A DNA stretch of 45,182 bases from Candidatus Hodarchaeaceae archaeon (GTDB lineage Archaea; Hadarchaeota; Hadarchaeia; Hadarchaeales; Hadarchaeaceae). The notes below the pieces were generated by a model. The model saw only the letters and a list, made by a program, of their open reading frames with translations. It was not told the DNA's origin and ran no database searches. This document shows, in pieces, positions 26,489-34,694 of this stretch (positions are counted from its first letter, which is position 1; each line of letters opens with the position of its first letter). A program made the translations under genes and the position numbers. Location of the stretch: contig JASEJC010000002.1 in the NCBI GenBank assembly GCA_030016755.1, positions 1-45,182 of the forward strand, given 5' to 3'.

Positions 26489-27340
26489 ATGGAGAAAATA
26501 ACGGCGGCCGCCATCCGTGATATGAAGGATCGCGGCGAGCGCATCGTGATGCTGGCGACATACGACTACCTAACCGCCCGTATGATAGATGAGGCGGGGG
26601 TCGACGCGGTCTTGGTCGGGGACTCGGTAGCAAATGTCGTCCTCGGTCACAGGGACACGCTTGCCGTCTCGATGGACGAGATGATCCACCACACGAAAGC
26701 CGTTGCCCGGGGAGTGAAGCGAGCTCTCGTGGTGGGTGATATGCCCTTCATGTCGTATCAAGCCAGCGCCGATGACGCTATCCGAAACGCGGGGCGCTTC
26801 TTGAAGGAGGGACACGCGGAGGCCGTGAAAGTGGAAGGTGGCCGGAGCATGATAAAAAAAATCAATGCAATCATCGAGTCAGGCATCCCTGTGATGGGGC
26901 ACCTCGGGCTGACCCCCCAATGGGTTCATCAGTTCGGGGGTTTCAGGGTCCGCGGAAAAACCGAACCAACCGCTCGAGCGATCCTTGAGGATGCGCGGAG
27001 ACTTGAGCGCGCGGGGGTCTTCAGCCTCGTCCTCGAGTGCATCCCGTGGCAGCTGGCAAAGCTAATCACCGAAAAGGTCGGGGTTCCAACGATAGGGATT
27101 GGAGCGGGGCCCTATTGCGATGGCCAGGTGTTGGTGCTTCACGACCTCTTGGGCCTCACTGGTCCCCACGTGCCGAAATTCGTCAAGCGCTACGCCAAGC
27201 TCGACGATGCGATAACCAAGGCACTGGCAGATTTCAAGCGGGAGGTCAAGGCGGGCAAGTTCCCGACGCTCGAGCACAGCTATGACATGCCGCGCGAGGA
27301 GATGCGGAGATTGCTCAAAAGCTTCAGGCGCGGGCGATAA
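26489..27340 (+). CDS. panB: 3-methyl-2-oxobutanoate hydroxymethyltransferase (ketopantoate hydroxymethyltransferase)
   Basis: IVMLATYDYLTARMIDEAGVDAVLVGDSVANVVLGH, VVGDMPF, VKVEGG and GHLGLTPQ motifs. Start at the ATG at 26489. Confidence 0.9.
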   Translation: MEKITAAAIRDMKDRGERIVMLATYDYLTARMIDEAGVDAVLVGDSVANVVLGHRDTLAVSMDEMIHHTKAVARGVKRALVVGDMPFMSYQASADDAIRNAGRFLKEGHAEAVKVEGGRSMIKKINAIIESGIPVMGHLGLTPQWVHQFGGFRVRGKTEPTARAILEDARRLERAGVFSLVLECIPWQLAKLITEKVGVPTIGIGAGPYCDGQVLVLHDLLGLTGPHVPKFVKRYAKLDDAITKALADFKREVKAGKFPTLEHSYDMPREEMRRLLKSFRRGR

Positions 27341-27411
27341 GCCGCACATCCACAACACGCTTAAATACCCCAAAAATTCAGGATAAAGCAGCTAAAAACG
27401 GAGGTGGACAA

Positions 27412-27576
27412 ATGGCTTATATTGTGAAGTCTGCTGTTAGGGGTCTTCTCAAAGGGATGAGGGCGAGTGAAGATTTCTTCAAGGAACTGGATGCGCTGAT
27501 AGTGAGAAGGACCAAGCGAGCTATCGAGAGGGCAAAGGGGAACGGAAGAAAGACCTTACGCGGAGTCGACGTGTAA
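27412..27576 (+). CDS. small histone-fold-like protein (DUF1931-like), 54 aa
   Basis: Hand translation gives MAYIVKSAVRGLLKGMRASEDFFKELDALIVRRTKRAIERAKGNGRKTLRGVDV. A strong GGAGGTGG lies 5 nt upstream. Below the ORF-track size cutoff. Confidence 0.5.
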   Translation: MAYIVKSAVRGLLKGMRASEDFFKELDALIVRRTKRAIERAKGNGRKTLRGVDV

Positions 27577-27590
27577 AATCTTCCTTTTTC

Positions 27591-27630
27591 AGTGGTGGCT
27601 TACGGGGCTGCCACTCTTTTTCATTTTATT
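27591..27630 (+). terminator. hairpin plus T-tracts between convergent genes
   Basis: AGTGGTGGC (27591-27599) pairs with GCTGCCACT (27607-27615) for 9 bp including 2 GU pairs. It is followed by CTTTTTCATTTTATTT. Confidence 0.35.
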
Positions 27631-27635
27631 TAACC

Positions 27636-28028
27636 CTAACCTTTGACTCGCTCGATCTTCCTTCTGCCGAGAGCCTGGATGTACTCTACCTCGACGCCTT
27701 CGCGTACCTCGCCGCGAAGCCCGACTGGAATTGGTAGCTCAAATGTCTCGTAGGTCGTAAGGTCCATCAGTTGCGCGTTGTTTGCCACGACCGCGAGCAC
27801 TTGCGCGCTTCCCCGCTCGATCACCGGTACCTCGATTTTAGCGCTGGTGGGGCGGACCACGGTGCGTTTTTGGGAGTCAAACAACCCGATCGCATCCACC
27901 TTTGCTTTCGCGTGTCCGTGCTTGCCGGGGGCAGAGGTGGAAAAGCCGACAATGCGGCACGGCTCGTCGTCAATTACTATGAAACGCCCCTCCTTGAGCT
28001 TCCCGACCTCGGTCATCTCCCTCGCCAT
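27636..28028 (-). CDS. eif5a: translation initiation factor 5A (aIF5A)
   Basis: LKEGRFIVIDDEPCRIVGFSTSAPGKHGHAKAKV contains the hypusine-site lysine context. Confidence 0.9.
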   Translation of the reverse strand: MAREMTEVGKLKEGRFIVIDDEPCRIVGFSTSAPGKHGHAKAKVDAIGLFDSQKRTVVRPTSAKIEVPVIERGSAQVLAVVANNAQLMDLTTYETFELPIPVGLRGEVREGVEVEYIQALGRRKIERVKG

Positions 28029-28102
28029 AAAGATACCTTTTGATTGTTTTCGGCGCGTGCTTAAAAATCTGGCGCCAATGTTAAATCCCCCGAGGTGGGA
28101 GT

Positions 28103-28918
28103 TTGGCTGGTGGAAAATTGCGGATAGGGATTGTCGCTCGCTCAGAGATCCCCAGGGTACCCAAAATGGTCAGGGAAGTGGTGAGGGCCCTGAGGGGAGA
28201 AGAGGTACTACTTGAGCCAAGCTTAGCGAGAAATCTCAGGAAGCGCCCGGGAACGGTACAGGCGCTTAGGAGATCTGACGCCATCATCACGGTGGGCGGC
28301 GACGGCACGGTCCTGTTTGCCCAGCGGCTGGCGCCAAATGTCCCAATCCTGGGCATTAACCTCGGAGGGCGAGGCTTCCTAGCTGACGTCAGCCCGAACG
28401 ATGCTCAACGGGCGCTCAGGATGCTTCGGGCGGGAAAGCTGCAACTCGTCGAGCGGGAGCGATTGGCGGCCGTGGCTCGCGGCAGACGGTTGCCTGACGC
28501 GCTGAACGATGTGGTTGTGTGCTCGGCCCAAGCCGGAAAAACAGTTGCGCTGAGGGTTTCGATTGACGGCAAGCTGGCGATGGAGGTGCGTGGCGACGGC
28601 GTGATCGTTGCCACACCAACTGGGAGCACGGCATACGCTCACGCGGCGGGCGGCCCGGTGATCGACCCGCGTCTCAAGGTCGCCTTGGTAGTGCCCATCT
28701 GCCCATCCCACCCAGGGCCCAGCCCCCTGATTGCGCCGGTGGACAGCCGCATCGAGGTAGAGCCAACTCAGCCGGGGCGGGATGCGCTAGTAATCGTCGA
28801 CGGCAACCCTGCAGCCAAGCTCAGGTACAGGGAGAAAATCAAAATACACCGCTCCGACAATCCCGCTCGCTTCTTCGAGTGGAGCGAGTTCTACCGCAAG
28901 TCAAGGGAGAAACTCTAG
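28103..28918 (+). CDS. nadK: NAD kinase
   Basis: GGDGTVLFA, INLGGRGFL and ATPTGSTAYAHAAGGP motifs. TTG start preceded by GAGGTGGG. Confidence 0.85.
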   Translation: MAGGKLRIGIVARSEIPRVPKMVREVVRALRGEEVLLEPSLARNLRKRPGTVQALRRSDAIITVGGDGTVLFAQRLAPNVPILGINLGGRGFLADVSPNDAQRALRMLRAGKLQLVERERLAAVARGRRLPDALNDVVVCSAQAGKTVALRVSIDGKLAMEVRGDGVIVATPTGSTAYAHAAGGPVIDPRLKVALVVPICPSHPGPSPLIAPVDSRIEVEPTQPGRDALVIVDGNPAAKLRYREKIKIHRSDNPARFFEWSEFYRKSREKL

Positions 28919-29406
28919 TGGCGCGAAGGACCTTGGTTCTCGACACCTCTGCGGTGATTGCGGGTTTCGTGCCCGGGCTAGCGAATGCCGAGCAGATCAC
29001 CGTCTCGGAGGTACTCGAAGAGGCCCGCGACCTGTGTTCCAAGCTTGAGCTGGAGACCGCAGTGCTGGCGGGGAAAGTCAAGGTTGCGGAGCCATCCGAG
29101 AACTCGCTCGCCGAAGTCCGGGCTAAAGTCAAAGACACCGGCGACACTGTATCCAGAACCGACATCAAACTGCTTGCGCTCGCCCTAGACCTCAGGGGCA
29201 AGGGGGCCGAGCTAGTGACCGATGATTACGCGATTCAGAACTTGGCAAGTCTTCTCGATATTCCCTACCTCCGTGTAGCCATGCCGGGGATTAAGGAGGT
29301 GCTTCGCTGGGAGGCTGTTTGCCCTGCCTGTGGACGCAGGTACCCCCCTTTGACCACCAAGTGCCTGACATGTGGTTCGAAGCTGGGGAGAAGACCAAGA
29401 AGGTAG
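28918..29406 (+). CDS. nob1: PIN-domain endonuclease with C-terminal zinc ribbon (archaeal Nob1-like)
   Basis: LVLDTSAVIAG is the PIN N-terminal acidic motif. Also LVTDDYAIQNLA and the C-terminal CPACGRRY...CLTCGSKL. The GTG start overlaps the nadK stop (TAGTG). Confidence 0.7.
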   Translation: MARRTLVLDTSAVIAGFVPGLANAEQITVSEVLEEARDLCSKLELETAVLAGKVKVAEPSENSLAEVRAKVKDTGDTVSRTDIKLLALALDLRGKGAELVTDDYAIQNLASLLDIPYLRVAMPGIKEVLRWEAVCPACGRRYPPLTTKCLTCGSKLGRRPRR

Positions 29407-29448
29407 GGCTTTAAAACCACGCGATGATATACGGAGGAAGGTGAGGCT

Positions 29449-30156
29449 GTGGAAGTTTTTGCAATCGCCATCCTCGGCGGGAAAAGGGAACGGGAGGCCT
29501 TCGAGATCTTGAAACGAAACGCCAAGGCTATCACAAACGTCGTTAAAAAGTTTGAGGAGCTCGTCATCACCTACTTCTCTAAACGAGACATGGACCAAGC
29601 AGAAAGGCTGGGGAGGGAGCTCTCGGAATTGGAGACAAAAGCCGATAAGGGTAGGAGGGACTTCCTGCGAATACTCCATGAGGGGGCCTTCCTGCCGGCT
29701 TTCCGCGGCGACTTGGCCTGGCTCGCTGAGAGGCTGGATAGGGTCGCGGATACCTCAGAGGGTGCGATGCGTGCGATTTTGCTTAGGGAGCAGCTCTCGA
29801 CCGCGCTCGCGAAGGCGGAGAGAAAAAGCAAGAAGATTAAAGAGTGGAGGTCTAAGTTTGTCGAAATGGCCAAGCTCACGACTCGAACAGTTGAGGTCCT
29901 AGAAGAATCTGTTGAAGCGCTGGCGACAAACATCGATGTTGCCCTGAGAAAAGCCAGCGAAGTCGACAAGCTTGAGCATGAAGTTGATCTTATCGAGCAG
30001 GGGCTCATCAGTGACCTTTACGAGCTTGAGAAACTCTTAGACCCCATAAGCGTCGTTCAACTTGCCGACGTGCTTCGGAGATTCGGCAACATCAGCGACC
30101 GGGCCGAGGACATGAGCGATTCGATAGCGATATTGGCCATGACGCTTACCGCGTGA
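29449..30156 (+). CDS. DUF47 / PhoU-like phosphate-transport regulator family protein
   Basis: All-helical, with LETKADKGRRDFLRIL and a C-terminal FGNISDRAEDMSDSIAILA motif. It neighbours a PiT transporter. Confidence 0.65.
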   Translation: MEVFAIAILGGKREREAFEILKRNAKAITNVVKKFEELVITYFSKRDMDQAERLGRELSELETKADKGRRDFLRILHEGAFLPAFRGDLAWLAERLDRVADTSEGAMRAILLREQLSTALAKAERKSKKIKEWRSKFVEMAKLTTRTVEVLEESVEALATNIDVALRKASEVDKLEHEVDLIEQGLISDLYELEKLLDPISVVQLADVLRRFGNISDRAEDMSDSIAILAMTLTA

Positions 30157-30187
30157 GTCTATTTTTCCTCGCGCCAAGCGCTTCTAA

Positions 30188-30373
30188 CAAGATGTAAATG
30201 ATCCCCATGCTACCATTTTTCACAACCTCAAAAACAACCACCCAATCACAAATGAGAGCACGCACGCCACGGCGGAGGTCAAAACCCAAGCTCGGGGAAT
30301 AGGCGATATCTCAGATCGTGCAGAAGATGCGGGCGATGTGATCTCGATTGTCAGCTACACCTTCAGGGCCTGA
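30188..30373 (+). pseudogene. start-less relic resembling the C-terminal helix of a DUF47/PhoU-type protein
   Basis: The frame reads ...THATAEVKTQARGIGDISDRAEDAGDVISIVSYTFRA*. Compare FGNISDRAEDMSDSIAILAMTLTA* at the end of the upstream gene. The open frame contains no ATG, GTG or TTG. Confidence 0.3.
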
Positions 30374-30536
30374 GTTTCTTCTTCGATGCTTTTGGACGGC
30401 TTTTCCGGAATGGGAACGCTTCGATTAGGACTAGAACCACCACGATAACCACGAGTCCGAGTAATGGACCAAATACCCACCCGATGACCAAACCGGTGAA
30501 GATCACCGCAAGGAAGGCAACTTTCCATAATTCCAT
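30363..30536 (-). CDS. small hydrophobic protein (57 aa, two predicted TM helices), hypothetical
   Basis: MELWKVAFLAVIFTGLVIGWVFGPLLGLVVIVVVLVLIEAFPFRKSRPKASKKKLRP. The ATG lies 2 nt after the PiT stop. The longer track ORF overlaps the pit gene. Confidence 0.3.
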   Translation of the reverse strand: MELWKVAFLAVIFTGLVIGWVFGPLLGLVVIVVVLVLIEAFPFRKSRPKASKKKLRP

Positions 30537-30538
30537 CC

Positions 30539-31624
30539 CTAAACCCCCGTCAACAACATCGCCAATCCAAACGATATCGCCATCGTTATTAGCGGTGTGA
30601 AGACCCAAGCGAGCGAGATCCATCTAACCCTTCGTCCACTAACCGCTGAGGTCCCTCTCACCAGCCCGGCCCCGATTACCCCTCCAACCGCCGCGTGGCT
30701 AGTAGAAACCGGTATGGCGAGCATGGTGAAGATGTACACGGTCAAGGCGGCGCCGAATTGTGCCGCAAAAGCAGTTGCCGGCGCGAGGACCGTTATGCGC
30801 TTGCCTATGGTATCGATGACCCTCTGACTATACAAAATCGCCCCGCAGGCTATCGCGACCCCCCCGAAAAGCCCTAGGAGCTGCTTGTCGGCTCCAGGAC
30901 ATGCCGCAACGACGACGCCAGCCGCGTTGCCTACATCGTTAGCCCCGAAGGAATACGCCATGAAGCTTGCCGTTATGATTACCAGTGTTGAGTAAATTGT
31001 GTTGAGCAGCGCGATGTTTTTCACGCGCCTTAGCGGGCGGTTGGAGGCGTGATAAATTAAATAGGCAAAGGCTATCGCGCCGATGGGAGTTATAATCCAA
31101 GAGAAAGCGATCTGAACGAACTTGGAGTATCCAATCTGAACACCTGCACCTGCAAGTGCAGGCGGGCCGATAAACATTAATGCGAATCCAGCTCCCATCA
31201 CCGCGCCGACTATTGAGTGGGAAGTGGAAACGGGCAATCCGAGGCGAGTGGCAACAATCACCCAAATCGCTGCAGCCAGTATTGCTCCGAGCGCCGCGAT
31301 CGGAACCAACGTGAAAGGCGTTGGCTTAGCTCCCGCGGGAAGAGAAATGTTTTCTGCTAGCGCGATATTTTCAGCAGCATTTTCGTTTTCAAAGAAGACG
31401 ATCTTCTCCCCAACCGTGTGCATCACGTAGCCCCCTTGAAGCACCGCCCCAGCGATGGCGAAAATCGCTAGCAGGAGCATCGCCCGCCGTAGGGTCAAGA
31501 TCCTTGCCCCAACCGAAGTGGCCATAGAGTTAGCCGCATCGTTCGCCCCCATGCCCCAGCCCATGAAGAACGCAACGCCTAAGACGGCCAACAACACTAG
31601 TGTGACCAAATCATCACCTGCCAA
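30539..31624 (-). CDS. inorganic phosphate transporter, PiT family
   Basis: Duplicated GANDAANSMATSVGA and GANDVGNAAG signatures, with about 10 TM helices. Confidence 0.9.
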   Translation of the reverse strand: MAGDDLVTLVLLAVLGVAFFMGWGMGANDAANSMATSVGARILTLRRAMLLLAIFAIAGAVLQGGYVMHTVGEKIVFFENENAAENIALAENISLPAGAKPTPFTLVPIAALGAILAAAIWVIVATRLGLPVSTSHSIVGAVMGAGFALMFIGPPALAGAGVQIGYSKFVQIAFSWIITPIGAIAFAYLIYHASNRPLRRVKNIALLNTIYSTLVIITASFMAYSFGANDVGNAAGVVVAACPGADKQLLGLFGGVAIACGAILYSQRVIDTIGKRITVLAPATAFAAQFGAALTVYIFTMLAIPVSTSHAAVGGVIGAGLVRGTSAVSGRRVRWISLAWVFTPLITMAISFGLAMLLTGV

Positions 31625-31668
31625 CTAACAAACTAACTTGCTTAGTTGTTAAAAAAAGATACACCAGT

Positions 31669-32163
31669 CTAGAGTTCAACGATTTCAGCTCGCAACTCTT
31701 TTGGGTCGAGCATCGCTACGGTCCGCCGTCCGCTTAGGTAGCCGCAGACCTCGCCGGGGTTGATAAGGAGGGGTTTTTGTCCAGATATCCCGGCCCGATG
31801 CGTGTGTCCTCGAACAATAACATCGTAGGAACCGGATTTGACCAACGCGTCAATGATTTCTTCGTGGGTGCCGTGCAGCAATGCTATCTTCCGCCCACGC
31901 AGCTCCAGCGATGCAAAGTTCCCCAGCGGTTTCACCCCCAGCTCACCAAACTTCACTGTGATGAACTCCTTATCTCCCTCGTTGTTCCCCCAGACGTAGT
32001 GCAGCTTCGCCTTCAGCTTCGAGAACTTGGGCGCAACGAACGGTGATACCAAGTCACCGGCGTGAAGGACGTGTTCTACCTCTGCCTTGTTGAAGAATTC
32101 GATGGCCCGTTCCACCGCGTCGATTCGGTCGTGTGTGTCAGCCATCAGCCCGATCTTCATCAT
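31669..32163 (-). CDS. metallophosphoesterase, MJ0936/YfcE family
   Basis: MKIGLMADTHD, HAGDLV, GNNEGD and VRGHTH motifs. The ATG at 32161-32163 is preceded by GGAGGTGG. Confidence 0.8.
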   Translation of the reverse strand: MMKIGLMADTHDRIDAVERAIEFFNKAEVEHVLHAGDLVSPFVAPKFSKLKAKLHYVWGNNEGDKEFITVKFGELGVKPLGNFASLELRGRKIALLHGTHEEIIDALVKSGSYDVIVRGHTHRAGISGQKPLLINPGEVCGYLSGRRTVAMLDPKELRAEIVEL

Positions 32164-32193
32164 ACCACCTCCACCGCTACTTGTCAATCAGGC

Positions 32194-33360
32194 TTAAATT
32201 GTTTTCACGAAATCGAGCACCACAGCCCCCGCTCGCGCGATGTTTTCCAGTCCGATGCTGTCTGGGAGATCATCGGGGGTGTGGATGTAGCGGTAGCCCC
32301 GAACCCTAGCGTTTGGCAACCTGAATGTCCTTGAGATGAAACGACCGAGCTTGTCCTCCCCCCCGATATCTGTGGTGAAGGTTGTTGTCTGTATTTTGGC
32401 CCGCACGAGGGGGATGTGGTCGTGCTCGGCAAGCGCGGCCCACCAGACCCTTGGATTCAACCCGGTGGTCTTGATGGAGTTCATGAGCGCTTGGTTGAGT
32501 TGGGGTGAGGTTCTGGTCCGCCTGAGGATGCCGTTGCCCTCTATCACGTAGGCGTGGGGACCGGCCCCAACCCCGTCCAAGTTGAGCACAAGAATCTCCG
32601 GCGGCAACAACTTTTCCTTCACCAGCCTGCGTGCCCCCACCAGCCCCTGCTCCTCGGCCCCGGTGGCGATGAAGCTCAGCTCGATGTCCGCGGGCGGGTC
32701 TTCAGCAAGCGCGCGGGCGGCCTCAAGCATCACCGCCACACCAGATGCGTTGTCGTCAGCACCGGGAGAAACGCGCCTACTGCTAGCGGTGATGAACATG
32801 CTCGCACAAACAGGAAGGAAGGCAAGTGCCAGCACTACCCACACCACCGGCCAAGCTTGAACCCATCCCAACGCACGGAAGACTAGGACAATCAATATCA
32901 CGACGATGACCGGCAGGAACGTGAACTTCAGGAGGAGTTGCAGTCGATAGCTCACCATGCAGGGAGCTGAGTCGTAGTGGGCGGTCACCGCGACCCGCTT
33001 TTTGGGCTCTCCGACCTTGCAGACGGCGATAATGTTTCGACTCGAGCGCTTTGGCATCAGTCTGCCCAGTGAATACCAGACAACTATCGCGACGAACCAT
33101 GTCAAGAGGGCAAACAATGGCGGGAGGAACAGCGATGCGATGAAAGCTGCAGCGAGCAAGCAGGCGGCGACTTTCTTTCGAGTCGCACGATTCACGAACT
33201 TGAACTCTTGCACTCGCGTTTTGAGTCCGTAGCTCTCAAATTGCTTACGGATGTAATCTGCAGCCATGCCATCGCCTCGCGTACCAGCCAATCGAGGCCC
33301 AATCTCATAAGCGAGCTTGTCTATGTGCTCAAACGCGCGCCTGGGCTCGAATTCCGCCAT
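32194..33360 (-). CDS. M28-family zinc peptidase with membrane-spanning insertions
   Basis: TAHYDS, PGADDNASGVAVMLEAARAL, GAEEQGLVGARR and YIHTPDD motifs. Hydrophobic blocks lie between them. Start at the ATG at 33358-33360; the TTG at 33372 overlaps the tRNA-Leu TATA box. Confidence 0.75.
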   Translation of the reverse strand: MAEFEPRRAFEHIDKLAYEIGPRLAGTRGDGMAADYIRKQFESYGLKTRVQEFKFVNRATRKKVAACLLAAAFIASLFLPPLFALLTWFVAIVVWYSLGRLMPKRSSRNIIAVCKVGEPKKRVAVTAHYDSAPCMVSYRLQLLLKFTFLPVIVVILIVLVFRALGWVQAWPVVWVVLALAFLPVCASMFITASSRRVSPGADDNASGVAVMLEAARALAEDPPADIELSFIATGAEEQGLVGARRLVKEKLLPPEILVLNLDGVGAGPHAYVIEGNGILRRTRTSPQLNQALMNSIKTTGLNPRVWWAALAEHDHIPLVRAKIQTTTFTTDIGGEDKLGRFISRTFRLPNARVRGYRYIHTPDDLPDSIGLENIARAGAVVLDFVKTI

Positions 33361-33372
33361 GGACTCCCGCAA

Positions 33373-33381
33373 CTTAATTAA
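33373..33381 (+). promoter_or_regulatory. putative TATA box for tRNA-Leu
   Basis: CTTAATTAA, centred about 28 nt upstream of the mature 5' end at 33406. Confidence 0.4.
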
Positions 33382-33405
33382 CCCGAAGCAAAAAACCTTT
33401 CACTT

Positions 33406-33508
33406 GCGGGGGTAGCCAAGCCAGGTTAAAGGCGCCAGTCGCACACGGGCGAAACTCAAGATCTGGTCCCGAAGGGGTTCGCAGGTCCGAATCCTGCCCC
33501 CCGCACCA
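33406..33508 (+). tRNA. tRNA-Leu(CAA) with a 15-nt intron, CCA encoded (88 nt mature)
   Basis: GCGGGGGTAGCCAAGCCAGGTTAAAGGCGCCAG[tcgcacacgggcgaa]ACTCAAGATCTGGTCCCGAAGGGGTTCGCAGGTCCGAATCCTGCCCCCCGCACCA. Removing the bracketed part gives anticodon stem CCAGA/TCTGG and loop CTCAAGA. It has a long variable arm and discriminator A. Confidence 0.85.
33439..33453 (+). other. BHB intron of tRNA-Leu at a non-canonical position (within the 5' strand of the anticodon stem, about 30/31)
   Basis: The central 4-bp helix CGCC (33433-33436) / GGCG (33448-33451) is flanked by 3-nt bulges AG|T and AA|A. The intron interior forms CG-CACA-CG. Confidence 0.75.
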
Positions 33509-33554
33509 TCCTGCCCTTTTATATGGGTGTGGTCAAGAGCTTTCGGGGAGGGTG

Positions 33555-34130
33555 ATGGCTCGCGAGGTAGACGTTCGTAGCGTGGTGGTTCAAGGGCTGT
33601 CGATTCTGTTACTCTGTGCGCTTATTGAACTTGGCGCTGGCGGGGTCTTCACTGGGATGCAAGAGGGGTTTACGGCCTTTTTACCCGGGCTTATCGTAAT
33701 GGTGCCGCCATTGCTAGATCTTAGGGGCAATATCAATGGTGCCCTAGCATCCCGCCTTGGCACGGGGCTTAATGCTGGTCTGATTCGGCCTCGCTTGAGA
33801 TTATCCGCCGAGATCAGGGTGAACTTGGCTTCCTCGCTTATCCTCAGCGTCATTGCATCGGCAACCATCGGGATTTTCTCCTTCGTGGTAAACCTGCTGA
33901 CGGGGCCCCCTACGATAAACGCGATACAACTACTGATCCAACTCATTGCGATAGCCGTCATCGCTGGTTTCACCTCGGGGTTGATTTTAGCGTCCTTGAC
34001 CGTTGTGATGGCAATTTTTACCTTCAAGCATGGGTGGGACCCGGACAACGTCACGGCCCCAGCGATGACCTCCATCGGGGACTTCGTGACAATTGCATGC
34101 ATCTACCTAGCCGTTCTTTTGGTGATCTAA
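33555..34130 (+). CDS. MgtE/SLC41-type divalent cation transporter membrane domain protein (half 1)
   Basis: PPLLDLRGNINGALASRLGT and DPDNVTAPAMTSIGDFVT motifs with 5 TM helices. The ATG at 33555 follows GGGGAGGG. Confidence 0.7.
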   Translation: MAREVDVRSVVVQGLSILLLCALIELGAGGVFTGMQEGFTAFLPGLIVMVPPLLDLRGNINGALASRLGTGLNAGLIRPRLRLSAEIRVNLASSLILSVIASATIGIFSFVVNLLTGPPTINAIQLLIQLIAIAVIAGFTSGLILASLTVVMAIFTFKHGWDPDNVTAPAMTSIGDFVTIACIYLAVLLVI

Positions 34131-34691
34131 ATGGCCGTTTATAATATCAAGCACATAATTTTGGAGAGCTACCCTGTCCTCACCGCCTGCATTATCATCG
34201 CGTTGGCTGCCGGGTCCCTGTTGAAATCTAGCATTGTTGAGATATCAGAGGTTCCGCTTATCCTGATGATGATACCGCCGATAAACGGAATGGGGGGCAA
34301 TATAGGGAGCATCTTGGGGGCCAGACTCACTTCAGCGCTCCATATGGGTACCTTGGAGCCGAAACTGAGAGGGCAACGAGTGTTACGAGGAAACTTGGCG
34401 GCAACGGCGCTCATCAGCATCGCAATTTACTCGCTCATCGGCGCAGCATTTATCGTGATAGCACTCTCGTCCGGCATGCCGCTTGCCAGCTCGCTTTCGC
34501 TGGGGCTGGCATTCTTTATCGCGGGGATGGCGTTAAGCACCGCGCTGATGTTTATAACTATTGCATCGGCATTCGTCTCGTTCAAAGGAGGCCTTGACCC
34601 TGATAATATGGTGATCCCAATTGTGACAGCAGTCGGAGATGTTCTAGGCGTAACGTGTTTATTGCTAGCGATAAAGATAGTTGGGGTATAG
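34131..34691 (+). CDS. MgtE/SLC41-type divalent cation transporter membrane domain protein (half 2, paralog of the preceding gene)
   Basis: PPINGMGGNIGSILGARLTS and DPDNMVIPIVTAVGDVLG motifs. It starts immediately after the preceding stop. Confidence 0.7.
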   Translation: MAVYNIKHIILESYPVLTACIIIALAAGSLLKSSIVEISEVPLILMMIPPINGMGGNIGSILGARLTSALHMGTLEPKLRGQRVLRGNLAATALISIAIYSLIGAAFIVIALSSGMPLASSLSLGLAFFIAGMALSTALMFITIASAFVSFKGGLDPDNMVIPIVTAVGDVLGVTCLLLAIKIVGV

Positions 34692-34694
34692 GGT

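Noticed and set aside
30537-30623. N-terminal extension of the small membrane ORF (86-aa version)
   Set aside because: The extension overlaps the 3' end of the PiT gene in another frame. The internal ATG right after the pit stop gives a cleaner two-TM peptide.
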